Shown in pieces: positions 46,570 to 55,975 of a stretch of 64,000 nucleotides of DNA. The translations under genes and the position numbers were made by a program. This stretch comes from Elioraea sp. (GTDB taxonomy: Bacteria; Pseudomonadota; Alphaproteobacteria; Acetobacterales; Acetobacteraceae). The DNA lies in contig NZ_JALHPR010000005.1 in the NCBI RefSeq assembly GCF_022842375.1, positions 134,370-198,369 on the forward strand. Direction: 5' to 3'. The notes under the pieces are model-generated. The model saw nothing but the letters and a program-made list of their open reading frames with translations. It searched no databases and was not told the DNA's origin. The number at the start of each line of letters is the position of its first letter. The first letter of the stretch is position 1.

Positions 46570-47589
46570 CTACTCGGCGCGGATCCCCGCCCGCGCAGCA
46601 ACGCGCCCCCACTTGCCGACCTCCGCTTCGATGAAGCTGCGGAACTCGGCTGGGCCAAGCGCCTCCGGCACGAGGCCTCGCTCGGTCAACGCCGTGGCGA
46701 AGCCTTCGTTCATCAGGCGTTGCATGTCAGTGGAAATGCGCGTGACGACCGCGGCCGGTGTTCGCGCCGGCGCGACCAGCCCGACCCAGCTGCCACCGGT
46801 GAACCCCTTGAGGCCCTGTTCATCCAGCGTCGCCACGTCAGGCGCGAGCGGCGAGCGCCGCAGCATGCCGACGCCAAGCGCGCGCAGCCGCCCAGCCTGC
46901 ACATGCGGCAGGCCTGCTGGGAACGTGTCGAACGCGATCTGGAGATTGCCGGCGATCAGGTCGGTGATCATTGGGCCGCTGCCGCGGTAGGGAACGTGGG
47001 TGATGTCGATCCCGGCTTCTGCCTTGAGCAGCTCACCAACGAAATGATTGGATGTGCCGTTGCCGAAGCTGCCGAAGTTCAGCGTGCCCGGCCGCGCCTT
47101 CGCGAGTGCGATCAGCCCCTGGACGTCCTGCGCCGCGACGGAGGGGTGCGCGAGCAGCAGGAAAGGTGACTGTGCCACGAGCATGATGGCCGCGAAGTCT
47201 CGCACGGGATCATACGGAAGGTTGCGCAACGTGCTGCGCGCGATCGCGATCTCCGGGCTTGCCGCCATCAGCAGCGTGTAGCCATCCGGCGCTGCCTTGG
47301 CGACGCCATCAGCCCCGATCGTCCCGGCAGCGCCGGAGCGGTTCTCGACGATGACGGACTGACCCCACAGCTGTGACAGACGTTCGGCAGCGAGCCGGGC
47401 GACGATATCGGTGCTGCCGCCCGCGGGGTAGGCGACGATCATGCGCACAGCGCGCGTCGGCCACGCGTCCTGGGCACGAGCGGCCGGTGCAACGACGATG
47501 CCTGCGGCACCCGCGAGAAAAGCGCGCCTGCCCGGCCGGGTTGCCCCGCGGCCTGTGGCATGGATCGGTGGTGTCCCGGTCAGCACCAT
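46570..47589 (-). CDS. Bug-family (TctC-like) substrate-binding protein, orphan
   Basis: 339 aa from MVLTGTPPIHATGRGATRPGRRAFLAGAAG (Tat signal), with VRMIVAYPAGGSTDIVARLAAE..VENRSGAAG and an AGGGGGA RBS. Confidence 0.85.
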   Translation of the reverse strand: MVLTGTPPIHATGRGATRPGRRAFLAGAAGIVVAPAARAQDAWPTRAVRMIVAYPAGGSTDIVARLAAERLSQLWGQSVIVENRSGAAGTIGADGVAKAAPDGYTLLMAASPEIAIARSTLRNLPYDPVRDFAAIMLVAQSPFLLLAHPSVAAQDVQGLIALAKARPGTLNFGSFGNGTSNHFVGELLKAEAGIDITHVPYRGSGPMITDLIAGNLQIAFDTFPAGLPHVQAGRLRALGVGMLRRSPLAPDVATLDEQGLKGFTGGSWVGLVAPARTPAAVVTRISTDMQRLMNEGFATALTERGLVPEALGPAEFRSFIEAEVGKWGRVAARAGIRAE

Positions 47590-47692
47590 GATGTCCCCCT
47601 GTTTTCGCACTCTTTCCAATACGACCATGTTGGCCTTCAATCCGCAATCCGATCCGCCGACGGATCGGAACAGGGTCAGGGGGAGTGCCGGC

Positions 47693-48709
47693 ATGGCATC
47701 GTTGCACGACAGGCTGCTGGTGATCGACGGGCTGATTTTCCATTCCGATGGCGACCCACGCTGGTTGCGCGAGGGCAACATCAGCGCGGTCAACCTCACC
47801 ATCCGTTCCCCGATCGATGATTTCGAGCAGACCTTCGACGCCTTCGCCGCCTGGCGCCGCCGCACCGCCGATCCGGCATCAGGCTGGCACCTCGTTCTCA
47901 CCGGCGCCGATATCGATGCGGCGAAGGCAGCAGGCAAGGTCGGGCTCATCATGGGCTGGCAGGACACGAAGATGCTGGGTGACCGGGCCGAGCGCCTGGA
48001 ATGCTTCCACCGCCTCGGGCTGCGCGTCGTGCAGTTGACCTACAACGAGGCCTGCCCCGTCGGCGATGGTTGCCTCGAGACGCGCAACGCCGGCTTGTCG
48101 AACTTCGGTTACGAGGTGGTGGCAGAGCTCAATCGCCTCGGCATCGCGATCGATCTCTCGCATTGCGGCGAGCAGGTGTGCCTCGACGCCGCTGCCGCGA
48201 CGAAGGTGCCCATCCTGTTGACGCACGCCAACGCCAAGGCCGTGACGGCCCGCGTGCGGAACAAATCCGATGCGGCGATCCGCGCCGTCGCGAATACCGG
48301 CGGCCTGGTCGGCGCGTCGATCCATGGCTTCATGAACTGGGACGGCAACCCGGCAAATCCGCCCACGCTGGACCTGTTCCTGCGGCATCTCCGCCACATC
48401 GTCGATCTCGTCGGCATCGACCACGTCTCGTTCGGTACCGACATGGCCGCGCTCGCGAGCGAGAGTGCTGCGGATTCGATCCTGCAGATGAGCTTCAGCC
48501 GCTACGGCGGGGCGACGGCCGACTACATCCGCGCCTTCGGCAACACGCTCGCCAAGCGCTATCCCGACGAACTGAACAACCCGCGCCTGATGCACCGCAA
48601 GACCGATGCGCTCCTCGCGGCCGGATACAGCGAGAGCGATGTCGAGAAGATCATGGGCCGGAACCTTCGCCGTGTCCTCGGCGAGATCTGGGGCGCCGGC
48701 GCAGCATGA
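47693..48709 (+). CDS. Membrane-dipeptidase (M19) family protein
   Basis: 338 aa from MASLHDRLLVIDGLIFHSDG (HxD). It also has QLTYNE, IDLSHCG and LLTHANAK, and a GGGGGAG RBS. Confidence 0.8.
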   Translation: MASLHDRLLVIDGLIFHSDGDPRWLREGNISAVNLTIRSPIDDFEQTFDAFAAWRRRTADPASGWHLVLTGADIDAAKAAGKVGLIMGWQDTKMLGDRAERLECFHRLGLRVVQLTYNEACPVGDGCLETRNAGLSNFGYEVVAELNRLGIAIDLSHCGEQVCLDAAAATKVPILLTHANAKAVTARVRNKSDAAIRAVANTGGLVGASIHGFMNWDGNPANPPTLDLFLRHLRHIVDLVGIDHVSFGTDMAALASESAADSILQMSFSRYGGATADYIRAFGNTLAKRYPDELNNPRLMHRKTDALLAAGYSESDVEKIMGRNLRRVLGEIWGAGAA

Positions 48710-49569
48710 CGCGCAGCGTCACGATCGGGCTGGCCCAGACGGGCCCCGTCGTCAGCGACAGCCCTGCCAACCAGCTCGGCGTCGCGGAGGCGATGTTCGA
48801 CCGCGCATCGGCCGAGGGCGTAGCCCTCCTCTGCTTTTCCGAGCTGTTTCTGGCTCCATTCTTTCCCAACCGCCTGGACAAGGCATTCGACCGCTTCTTC
48901 ATTCGCCTCGACGGGCCTGAAATGCAGGCGCTGCGGGGGATGGCGCGCCAGCGCGGCATCGGTGCCGTGTTCGGCGTCGCCGAGGCTGCCGATGACGGCT
49001 ATTTCAACAGCGCCGTCGTCGTCGGGCCTGACGGCGCCATCCGCGGCGCGTATCGCAAGACGCACATCCCTGCCTATTTCCCCACCGATGCGCCCGGTGG
49101 AACCGGGAGCTTCGAAAAGCTCTATTTCGCGCCAGGCAACGCGCTGCCGGTGTTCGAGCTCGCGGGGTGCAGGTTCGGCATCCAGATCTGCAACGATCGG
49201 CTCTACCCTGAGCCGAGCCGTGTTCTCGCGCTCGCCGGGGCCGAGGCGATCGTCATGCCGATCTGCTTTTCGACCTACGCCGATCCAGGGCGCCGCGCGT
49301 CGATCTGGGAAATCCCTCTGCGGGCGCGGGCGTATGAGAATGGCGTCTGGGTGCTGGCGGCGAACCGCGTCGGCGTCGAGGGGCCGCGACACCATCTTGG
49401 CCGGAGCATGGTGGTCGACCCGCGTGGCATGATCGCTGCCGAGGCGGGCACCGACGGCGAAGCGCTGCTCGTGGCGACGATCGATCTCGATGAGGTCGTC
49501 AGGGCCCGGAAGGACTTCCCCTGGTGGCGCGATCGGCGGCCGGACCTGTACGGCCCTGTCGTGGCGTGA
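48706..49569 (+). CDS. Carbon-nitrogen hydrolase (nitrilase superfamily, N-carbamoyl-amino-acid amidohydrolase-like)
   Basis: The Glu-Lys-Cys triad contexts are CFSELF, YRKTHIP and IQICNDRLYPE. The ATG overlaps the dipeptidase stop (ATGA). Confidence 0.85.
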   Translation: MTRSVTIGLAQTGPVVSDSPANQLGVAEAMFDRASAEGVALLCFSELFLAPFFPNRLDKAFDRFFIRLDGPEMQALRGMARQRGIGAVFGVAEAADDGYFNSAVVVGPDGAIRGAYRKTHIPAYFPTDAPGGTGSFEKLYFAPGNALPVFELAGCRFGIQICNDRLYPEPSRVLALAGAEAIVMPICFSTYADPGRRASIWEIPLRARAYENGVWVLAANRVGVEGPRHHLGRSMVVDPRGMIAAEAGTDGEALLVATIDLDEVVRARKDFPWWRDRRPDLYGPVVA

Positions 49570-51154
49570 GCATCCGCCCTGCCTTGATCCGGCGTGCCGC
49601 CATCTCGCCGATCATCACACAGGTGAAGTGCAGGTTGGCGCGACAATCCGTCGGCATGATCGATGCGTCGGCGATGCGCAGGCCCTCGACGCCGCGGACG
49701 CGGAGCTCGGGATCGACCACGCCACGCGGATCGCCATAGGTCGCCATGCGGCATGTTCCGGCAGCGTGCTGGATGTCGCCCGCTTCCGCGAGCATGAGGG
49801 CGTCGAGTGCGTCATCGGGAAGTGCGGCCGCGGCTTCGATCGCGAGCGTGGTGTCGCCGAAGGTGATCGCCTCGGCGATGCGCGTGACCGGCGGCAACGC
49901 GCAGAGTGCCGCAAGGCGCCTGATACCATCGCGCATGCGCAGCCGGTCGGAGGGATGGTCGAGCATGTTCTCCTCGACCACCGGCTGGGCATCCGGATCG
50001 GCGGACCGCAGCCGCACCTCGCCACGCGAGAAGGCGTCGTATAGCGCGATGCCGATCGCCCCGACGGGTGCCACGCCACTCTCCGCGAGGCCGCGGTGAT
50101 TGTAGGCAATCATGATCATGTCACGCTCGCCGCCGCCACCGAGGCCGCTCGAGTAGGTGACGCAGCAGTTGGTATGTCGCGCATCCGCCCCCGTGGCACG
50201 GCTTCCCGGCGTCAGCGCAAGGCTTGCGCGGAGGATCGGATGGTCCATGAAGTGCTGGCCGACGGCGGGCAGGTCGCGCAGCACGGCGATGCCGAGGTCG
50301 CGCAGCGCAGCAGCCGGTCCGATGCCGCTGCGCATCAGGATGCACGGGCTGTGGATCGCCCCGGCAGACAGCACCACCTCGCGCGCCGCGATCTCCTGCC
50401 ACGGCCCTGCGCCGAAGCGGACGCGCACGCCGCTGGCGCGACGCCCGTCGAACAGCACGCGATCGACCAGGGCGTCGCCGCGGATCGTCAGGTTCGCACG
50501 ATCGCGTGCCGGCTCGAGATAGGCGTCGTTGGTGGTGATGCGAATGCCATCGCGCAGGTTGATCGGATTGCACGAGATGCCCTCGCCGTCCGGCGCATTC
50601 AGGTCGGGCTTCCACGCATGGCCTGCCATAAGTGCTGCCTCGCGCAGCGCATGGTCGACAGCGCCCCACCGCTCCTCCGGCATGCGCCACACGGGCAGGG
50701 GGCCGCCCTGACGGCGACCGGCAACGCCATAGGTCGCGTCGTCCTCGATGAGGTCGAACAGCGGCAGGACGTCATCGGCTGACCAGCCCTCGCAGCCTGC
50801 CTCAGCCCAGGCGTCGAAGGCGGCGGGGACGCCGCGGATGGCGATCTGCGCGTTGACGGTCGAGGATCCGCCGAGCGCCTTGCCGCGCCAGTAGAAGCGT
50901 GGCGCCTGTGCCGTCGTGCGACGCGTCATCAGCCCCGGCCACTGCCATGCCGCCTGGTGCGCCGGGTCATGCATGAACGGCACGATGTTCGGGCTGCGCA
51001 GCGCCGCGGGTGCATCGGCCGCGCGCCAGTCACGCCCTGCCTCGAGCAGCAGCACGTGGCAGGTGGGATCCTCCGAGAGCCGTGCGGCAAGTGCAGCGCC
51101 GGCAGATCCTGCGCCGACGACGATCACGTCATACGGGGCCTGCGTGGCGTCCAT
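49499..51154 (-). CDS. GMC-family FAD oxidoreductase (choline-dehydrogenase-like)
   Basis: 551 aa from MDATQAPYDVIVVGAGSAGAALAARLSED. GGSSTVNAQI and HAAGTCRM are present. The 3' end overlaps the convergent CN-hydrolase gene by 71 nt. Confidence 0.85.
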   Translation of the reverse strand: MDATQAPYDVIVVGAGSAGAALAARLSEDPTCHVLLLEAGRDWRAADAPAALRSPNIVPFMHDPAHQAAWQWPGLMTRRTTAQAPRFYWRGKALGGSSTVNAQIAIRGVPAAFDAWAEAGCEGWSADDVLPLFDLIEDDATYGVAGRRQGGPLPVWRMPEERWGAVDHALREAALMAGHAWKPDLNAPDGEGISCNPINLRDGIRITTNDAYLEPARDRANLTIRGDALVDRVLFDGRRASGVRVRFGAGPWQEIAAREVVLSAGAIHSPCILMRSGIGPAAALRDLGIAVLRDLPAVGQHFMDHPILRASLALTPGSRATGADARHTNCCVTYSSGLGGGGERDMIMIAYNHRGLAESGVAPVGAIGIALYDAFSRGEVRLRSADPDAQPVVEENMLDHPSDRLRMRDGIRRLAALCALPPVTRIAEAITFGDTTLAIEAAAALPDDALDALMLAEAGDIQHAAGTCRMATYGDPRGVVDPELRVRGVEGLRIADASIMPTDCRANLHFTCVMIGEMAARRIKAGRMLTPRQGRTGPAADRATRGSPSGP

Positions 51155-51164
51155 CGATTGAGCT

Positions 51165-51887
51165 TCAGCCAGCCGGCGCGACCGAGAGGCCGACAACGCC
51201 GTGCCGCGCGATGAGATCAGCGACCAGCCCCGATGCCTTGGCCTCCTCGACGAAGCTTCGCAGGAAGGCCGCACCAGCGCCGTTGCCGCGCGCGGTGCCG
51301 ATCGCCTGCTGCACCGCCATGAACTTGCCATCGAGGATGCGGGCACCCGGCATCGCCCCGACATCCTTCAGCAGACGCGGCCTGAGCCCGGCGAGCACGT
51401 CTGCCCCGTCGGCGACGAAGCGCTGGAACGCAGCGTCGATGCTTTCGGTGCGCACCACCGTCGCGTGGCGGATGTTGCGTTCGAGCCAGAGATCGTACGC
51501 CGCGCGTGCCGTCGAGACGATGGTGATGCCGGCGCGGTCGACCTCGGCAAGCGTGGCGATGGGCGAGCCTGGCGGCACCATGTAGGTCGCCTCGATCTCG
51601 GCGTAGGCCGCCGTGAATGCGATCTTCTCCGCGCGCTGCGGCTCGGCGCCGATCAGCCCGATGTCCCACGCGCCAGTACCCACCGCGTCGGCCAGCTCAC
51701 CCGGCATCGGGTAGGGAACGAGCGCCAAGGGAACGCCAAGCCGGCCGGCGATCGCGCGCGCCATGTCGGGCGACACGCCTTCGGGTTCCCCGGCGGGGCC
51801 GCGGCTGGAGACGAGCAGGAAGTTGCTCATGTTGATTCCGGCACGAAGCGTTCCGCTTGGCGCGAGCTGGGCAATGACGTCCTGCAT
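51165..51887 (-). CDS. Type-2 periplasmic-binding-protein-fold (family 3 SBP-like) protein without a recognisable signal peptide
   Basis: 240 aa from MQDVIAQLAPSGTLRAGINMSNFLLV. SBP_bac_3-like segments include WDIGLIGAEPQRAEKIAFTAAYAEIEATYMV. There is no hydrophobic N-terminus even with the TTG 51944 start. Confidence 0.65.
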   Translation of the reverse strand: MQDVIAQLAPSGTLRAGINMSNFLLVSSRGPAGEPEGVSPDMARAIAGRLGVPLALVPYPMPGELADAVGTGAWDIGLIGAEPQRAEKIAFTAAYAEIEATYMVPPGSPIATLAEVDRAGITIVSTARAAYDLWLERNIRHATVVRTESIDAAFQRFVADGADVLAGLRPRLLKDVGAMPGARILDGKFMAVQQAIGTARGNGAGAAFLRSFVEEAKASGLVADLIARHGVVGLSVAPAG

Positions 51888-51940
51888 GGGTCCTCGATCG
51901 TTCGGTGCGGCACGGGAGAGTGCGTGTGGTGGGCGGCAAG

Positions 51941-53191
51941 TCAACCCCGCCAGCGGGCTACCTCGTCGTCATCGGCGGTGCAGGCTGTTGCGACGATCGC
52001 CGCGGCGAGCGAGGCAGCCGCGCGCAGCTCCATCCGCGACACCTTGTCGCGCGTGTCGGCCTCCGTCAGCACGTGGCGGACGGGGCTTGCCATGTCGTCG
52101 AAGCCGGAGACGAGACGGAAGGCAGGAATGCCGGCGAGCGCGTAGTTCGCGTGGTCGGAATTGCGCATCAACGGGCGCACGGTCCTGAGCGCGGTGCCTT
52201 CGCGTGCGGCGACATCGAGCAGGAACGGCTCGATCCCCGCAAAGCCGCTCGTCAGCGCGGCCAGCGGCCCGGAAACGCCGACGGTGTCGATGTTGACGTT
52301 GAGCGCGATCGCCGCCCGTTGCGGCCCCGACATGGCAGCGACATGCTGCGCCGAGCCTGTCAGTGCCCATTCCTCGACGCTGTAGAGGGCAAGCGTCACG
52401 CCCCGTCGCCAGCCCGTCACCTCGGATGCAAGGGCGCGCGTGACGGCGAGTGCGGCAGCGACCCCGCTCGCATTGTCCATCGCACTCTCGGCCAGCGCGT
52501 GTCCGTCGAGATGGGCGCTGAGCACCACACGGCCCTCGCCACGGCCAGGCATGTCGAACAGCAGCGTGCGCGACATGGCAGGCGCCTCTGCTGTATCGAT
52601 GTGCATCGTCACGCGTGGCCAACCGGCCTCGCTGCGGACGAGCCGCGCAGCCATCTCCGGCGAGAGGCCGAGGGCAGGGATGCCAGCGTCATCTTCTCCC
52701 CTGCCCGACGAGCCGGCAACGAGCGATGCCGCGAGTGGCCCTGCGATCAGGAACGCAACGGCACCGGCCGCGCGCGCCATCTCCACCTTGCGGCCGCGAT
52801 GGATCGTTCCGGCCGTGAACATGTGCTCGTGGCGCACGAGGGCCGCGCGGCCGGCCAGATCGGCCGCATGCGCGGCGAACTCCTCCGGTGTTCCGCGTCC
52901 GACATCGACGACCTCGACCGTGAGCCCGCCTGGTGGCGTCGGCGCCGAACGCAGCAGCGGGTGGCAGCGTGCGATGGCGCCATCAGGCAAGGTCAGCCCT
53001 GCCGAAACCCCCTGCCAGCCGCTGTAGTGGACGGGAATCTCCCGCATCGCGACGCCAGATGCAGCGGCGCCGCGCTGCGCTGCCCAGGACAGCGCCGCGC
53101 GCTCTCCCTCCGTGCCGCAGAGCCTGCCGCCGAAATCGCAGAGCGCGGTGAAGTCGGCCCAGAGTGCGTGGTGATCGATCGTCACGGGCAT
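51941..53191 (-). CDS. M28-family metallopeptidase (aminopeptidase-like)
   Basis: 416 aa with VVLSAHLDGHALAESAMDNASGVAA and SVEEWALTGS. It has no signal peptide. Confidence 0.75.
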   Translation of the reverse strand: MPVTIDHHALWADFTALCDFGGRLCGTEGERAALSWAAQRGAAASGVAMREIPVHYSGWQGVSAGLTLPDGAIARCHPLLRSAPTPPGGLTVEVVDVGRGTPEEFAAHAADLAGRAALVRHEHMFTAGTIHRGRKVEMARAAGAVAFLIAGPLAASLVAGSSGRGEDDAGIPALGLSPEMAARLVRSEAGWPRVTMHIDTAEAPAMSRTLLFDMPGRGEGRVVLSAHLDGHALAESAMDNASGVAAALAVTRALASEVTGWRRGVTLALYSVEEWALTGSAQHVAAMSGPQRAAIALNVNIDTVGVSGPLAALTSGFAGIEPFLLDVAAREGTALRTVRPLMRNSDHANYALAGIPAFRLVSGFDDMASPVRHVLTEADTRDKVSRMELRAAASLAAAIVATACTADDDEVARWRG

Positions 53192-53219
53192 GGATTGGTC
53201 CTGTCAGCGCGGGGGACCT

Positions 53220-54128
53220 CTACCTCAGCGGGTCGAGATGCCTGGCGTAGGTGGTTTCGAAGAGCTCGAGAAACGCGGCGGCGAGCCGCGACAAAGGCTG
53301 GCCGATCGGGTGGAACACGGCAAACTCGTAGGAGAGGTCGGGCAAGACCGGCCGGGCGACGACGCGGCCGGTTGCCGCGGCGGCATCGGCGCTGATCCGG
53401 TCGACGAAGGCGACGCCCGCACCCTCGGCGGCAAGGCCGATCGCGGTCGCATAGTAGTCGCACGAGGCAACGGGGGACCAGCGCGTGCCGGCAGCCTCGA
53501 AGGCGCGCGTGGCGGCGACCTGCGCTGCGTGGCCGCGATACATCGCGATGATGGGTTGCCCATCGAGCAGGCGGGGGGTGACTACCTTGCGGGCAGCAAG
53601 CCTGCTGCTGGGCGCCATGACGGCAACGATACCGAGGCGGAACCGCCGCACCATCGCCATCGGGTGTTCGATCGGCGGCTCGGCGAAGGCGAGATCGAAG
53701 GCCCGCGTCGGGATCATCTCGCGGATGGATTGCGAGCGCCGCGAGATGAAGGAGATCGTCACCCCCGGCCGCTCATTGATGAAGCGCGCGGCCACGGGCG
53801 GCAGCCAGGCGATGCTTGGCCCCGGGTGGGCGGCGACAGCGAGCGAGCCGAAGCGATCCTCCCTGATCCCGGCGGCGACGCGGCCGAGCTGCTCGTGCGC
53901 CGCCAGCGCCCTGCCGGCCTCGACGCAGAGGATCGTGGCCTCCGCCGTGGGGTGCAGGGAGCGGCCGATGCGGGTGAACAGCCGGAACCCGACGCGGCGC
54001 TCGAGCCTGGCGAGCAGGCTGCTGACCGCCGGTTGGCTCACGCCGAGGGCCGCCGCCGCACGCGTGACGGAGCGGAGCTCGACCACCGCGCGCAACGCTT
54101 CGAGCTGCCTGATATCCAGCATATCCAT
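53220..54128 (-). CDS. LysR-family transcriptional regulator
   Basis: The HTH region is MDMLDIRQLEALRAVVELRSVTRAAAALGVSQPAVSSLLARLE. A CCAT-N11-ATGG inverted repeat (54125..54143) spans its start codon. Confidence 0.85.
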   Translation of the reverse strand: MDMLDIRQLEALRAVVELRSVTRAAAALGVSQPAVSSLLARLERRVGFRLFTRIGRSLHPTAEATILCVEAGRALAAHEQLGRVAAGIREDRFGSLAVAAHPGPSIAWLPPVAARFINERPGVTISFISRRSQSIREMIPTRAFDLAFAEPPIEHPMAMVRRFRLGIVAVMAPSSRLAARKVVTPRLLDGQPIIAMYRGHAAQVAATRAFEAAGTRWSPVASCDYYATAIGLAAEGAGVAFVDRISADAAAATGRVVARPVLPDLSYEFAVFHPIGQPLSRLAAAFLELFETTYARHLDPLR

Positions 54129-54280
54129 TACGCCGCATTATGGTTTTCTGTCCCGTCGAGGCAATGGATTTAGGCGCTGAGATCGCCGATGCTGGAACGA
54201 ACCGAGTGGCATGACGATTGCTGATGTTATTCAGCCATGACTGCGCCGTACGCCGTGCTGGAGGGGCAACGCCTGCCGTG

Positions 54281-55057
54281 ATGACGGGAACCGCAACGAT
54301 GGCACCTGCCGCGATCATCGCGGCGGAGGGTTTGCACAAGTCCTTCGGCGCGGTGCACGTTTTGCGCGGCATTGACCTCGCCGTGGCCGAGGGCGAGGTG
54401 TTGTGCCTGATCGGCCCCAGCGGATCGGGGAAGACAACGCTGCTGCGCTGCTTCGCGATGCTCGAACAGCCGAGCGGCGGGGCGATCAGCATGCGCGGGG
54501 CAACCATTGCCTCCGCCACCCCCGATGCTGCAACCCGGCGTGCGGCGAAGGCGGTTCGGCCCGAGATCGGCATGGTGTTCCAGCACTTCAACCTCTGGCC
54601 ACACATGACGGTGCTCGGCAACATCATCGAGGCGCCGATGCGCGTGAAGGGCACCGCGCGCGCCGAGGCCGTCGCACTGGCCGAGCAGCTGCTCGCCAAG
54701 GTCGGCCTCTCCGACAAGCGGGATGTCTATCCCACGCGGCTCTCGGGCGGGCAGCAGCAGCGCGTGGCAATCGCCCGCGCACTCGCCATGGCACCGCAGG
54801 TGATGCTGTTCGACGAGGTGACATCTGCGCTCGACCCGGAGCTGAAGCGCGAGGTGTTGCTCGTGATGCGCGCGCTCGCGGCCGAGGGCATGACGATGAT
54901 CGTTGTTACCCACGAGATGAATTTCGCCCGCCACGTCGCGCGGCGGATCGTGTTCATGGACGAGGGGCGCATCGTCGAGGAGGCACCGCCGGCGGCCTTC
55001 TTCGATGCGCCCGCGACGGATCGTGCGCGGCGCTTCCTCCAGCAATTCGAGGAGTAG
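54281..55057 (+). CDS. Polar-amino-acid ABC transporter ATPase
   Basis: Walker A GPSGSGKTT, signature LSGGQQQRV, Walker B MLFDEVTSALD. The start is ATG 54281 or 54299. Confidence 0.9.
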   Translation: MTGTATMAPAAIIAAEGLHKSFGAVHVLRGIDLAVAEGEVLCLIGPSGSGKTTLLRCFAMLEQPSGGAISMRGATIASATPDAATRRAAKAVRPEIGMVFQHFNLWPHMTVLGNIIEAPMRVKGTARAEAVALAEQLLAKVGLSDKRDVYPTRLSGGQQQRVAIARALAMAPQVMLFDEVTSALDPELKREVLLVMRALAAEGMTMIVVTHEMNFARHVARRIVFMDEGRIVEEAPPAAFFDAPATDRARRFLQQFEE

Positions 55058-55104
55058 GGGCCAACATGCGTTTCAGGCAAGGCCACAGGCAGAAGGAGGT
55101 TTCC

Positions 55105-55914
55105 ATGTCATTGTTCCGCAGGGCACTCACGCTCGCCGCCGCCGCGGCGGCACTGCTCGTTGCAGCACCAGGAAGCGGCAGCGCGCAGCAGGCGCAGTCG
55201 CGCCTGTTCGAAATCACGCAGAGCAAGAAGCTCAAGGTCTGCGTGTTCCCACTCTACTACGCCATCTCGTTCCGCAATCCGCGCACCGGCCAGCTCGAGG
55301 GCATCGACGCCGACCTCTCCAAGGAACTCGCCAAGGAGCTCGGCGCCGAGATCGAATATGTCGACACGAGCTTCGGCACGTTCATCGCCGACCTGCAGGC
55401 GAACAAATGCCACATCGGCATGTTCGGCGTCGGCGCCACGCTCAGGCGCGCGCAGGCGGTGGAGTTCTCCAAGCCCTACCTGCTGACAAGCATCTACGCC
55501 GTGACGCGCCGCGGCAGCCGCGTGCAGAGCTGGGCGGACGTGGACAAGCAGGGCGTGCGCGTCGCCGTCTCGCTCGGCAGCTACATCGAGCCGTTCATGC
55601 AGCGCTACCTGAAGAACGCCACGCTTGTCTCAATCGCGCCGCCAGCGACGCGCGAGGCGGAACTCGTCGCCCGCCGCGCCGACGTGATCATGACCGACTT
55701 CCCGACCGCCATCAAAGTGACCGACGAGTTCGACTGGGCGGTGTTCTTCACCCCGCCCGAGCCGCTGGCCGTCACGCCCTACTCCTACGTCATCCCGCAG
55801 GGCGACCAGATCTGGCTGAACTACGTGAACCTCTTCATCGATACCATCCGCCTCGACGGGCGGCTGATGGAAGCGGCCAAGCGCCATAAGCTCGATCCGA
55901 TCGTCGTTCGGTGA
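55105..55914 (+). CDS. Family-3 (polar amino acid) substrate-binding protein
   Basis: 269 aa from MSLFRRALTLAAAAAALLVAAPGSGSA (signal peptide), with an AAGGAGG RBS. Confidence 0.85.
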   Translation: MSLFRRALTLAAAAAALLVAAPGSGSAQQAQSRLFEITQSKKLKVCVFPLYYAISFRNPRTGQLEGIDADLSKELAKELGAEIEYVDTSFGTFIADLQANKCHIGMFGVGATLRRAQAVEFSKPYLLTSIYAVTRRGSRVQSWADVDKQGVRVAVSLGSYIEPFMQRYLKNATLVSIAPPATREAELVARRADVIMTDFPTAIKVTDEFDWAVFFTPPEPLAVTPYSYVIPQGDQIWLNYVNLFIDTIRLDGRLMEAAKRHKLDPIVVR

Positions 55915-55975
55915 GAGCGGCCTGCACCGTCCGGCCCGGGCCTCGTGCCCGGGCCGAATATCCAGGACATCGCCG

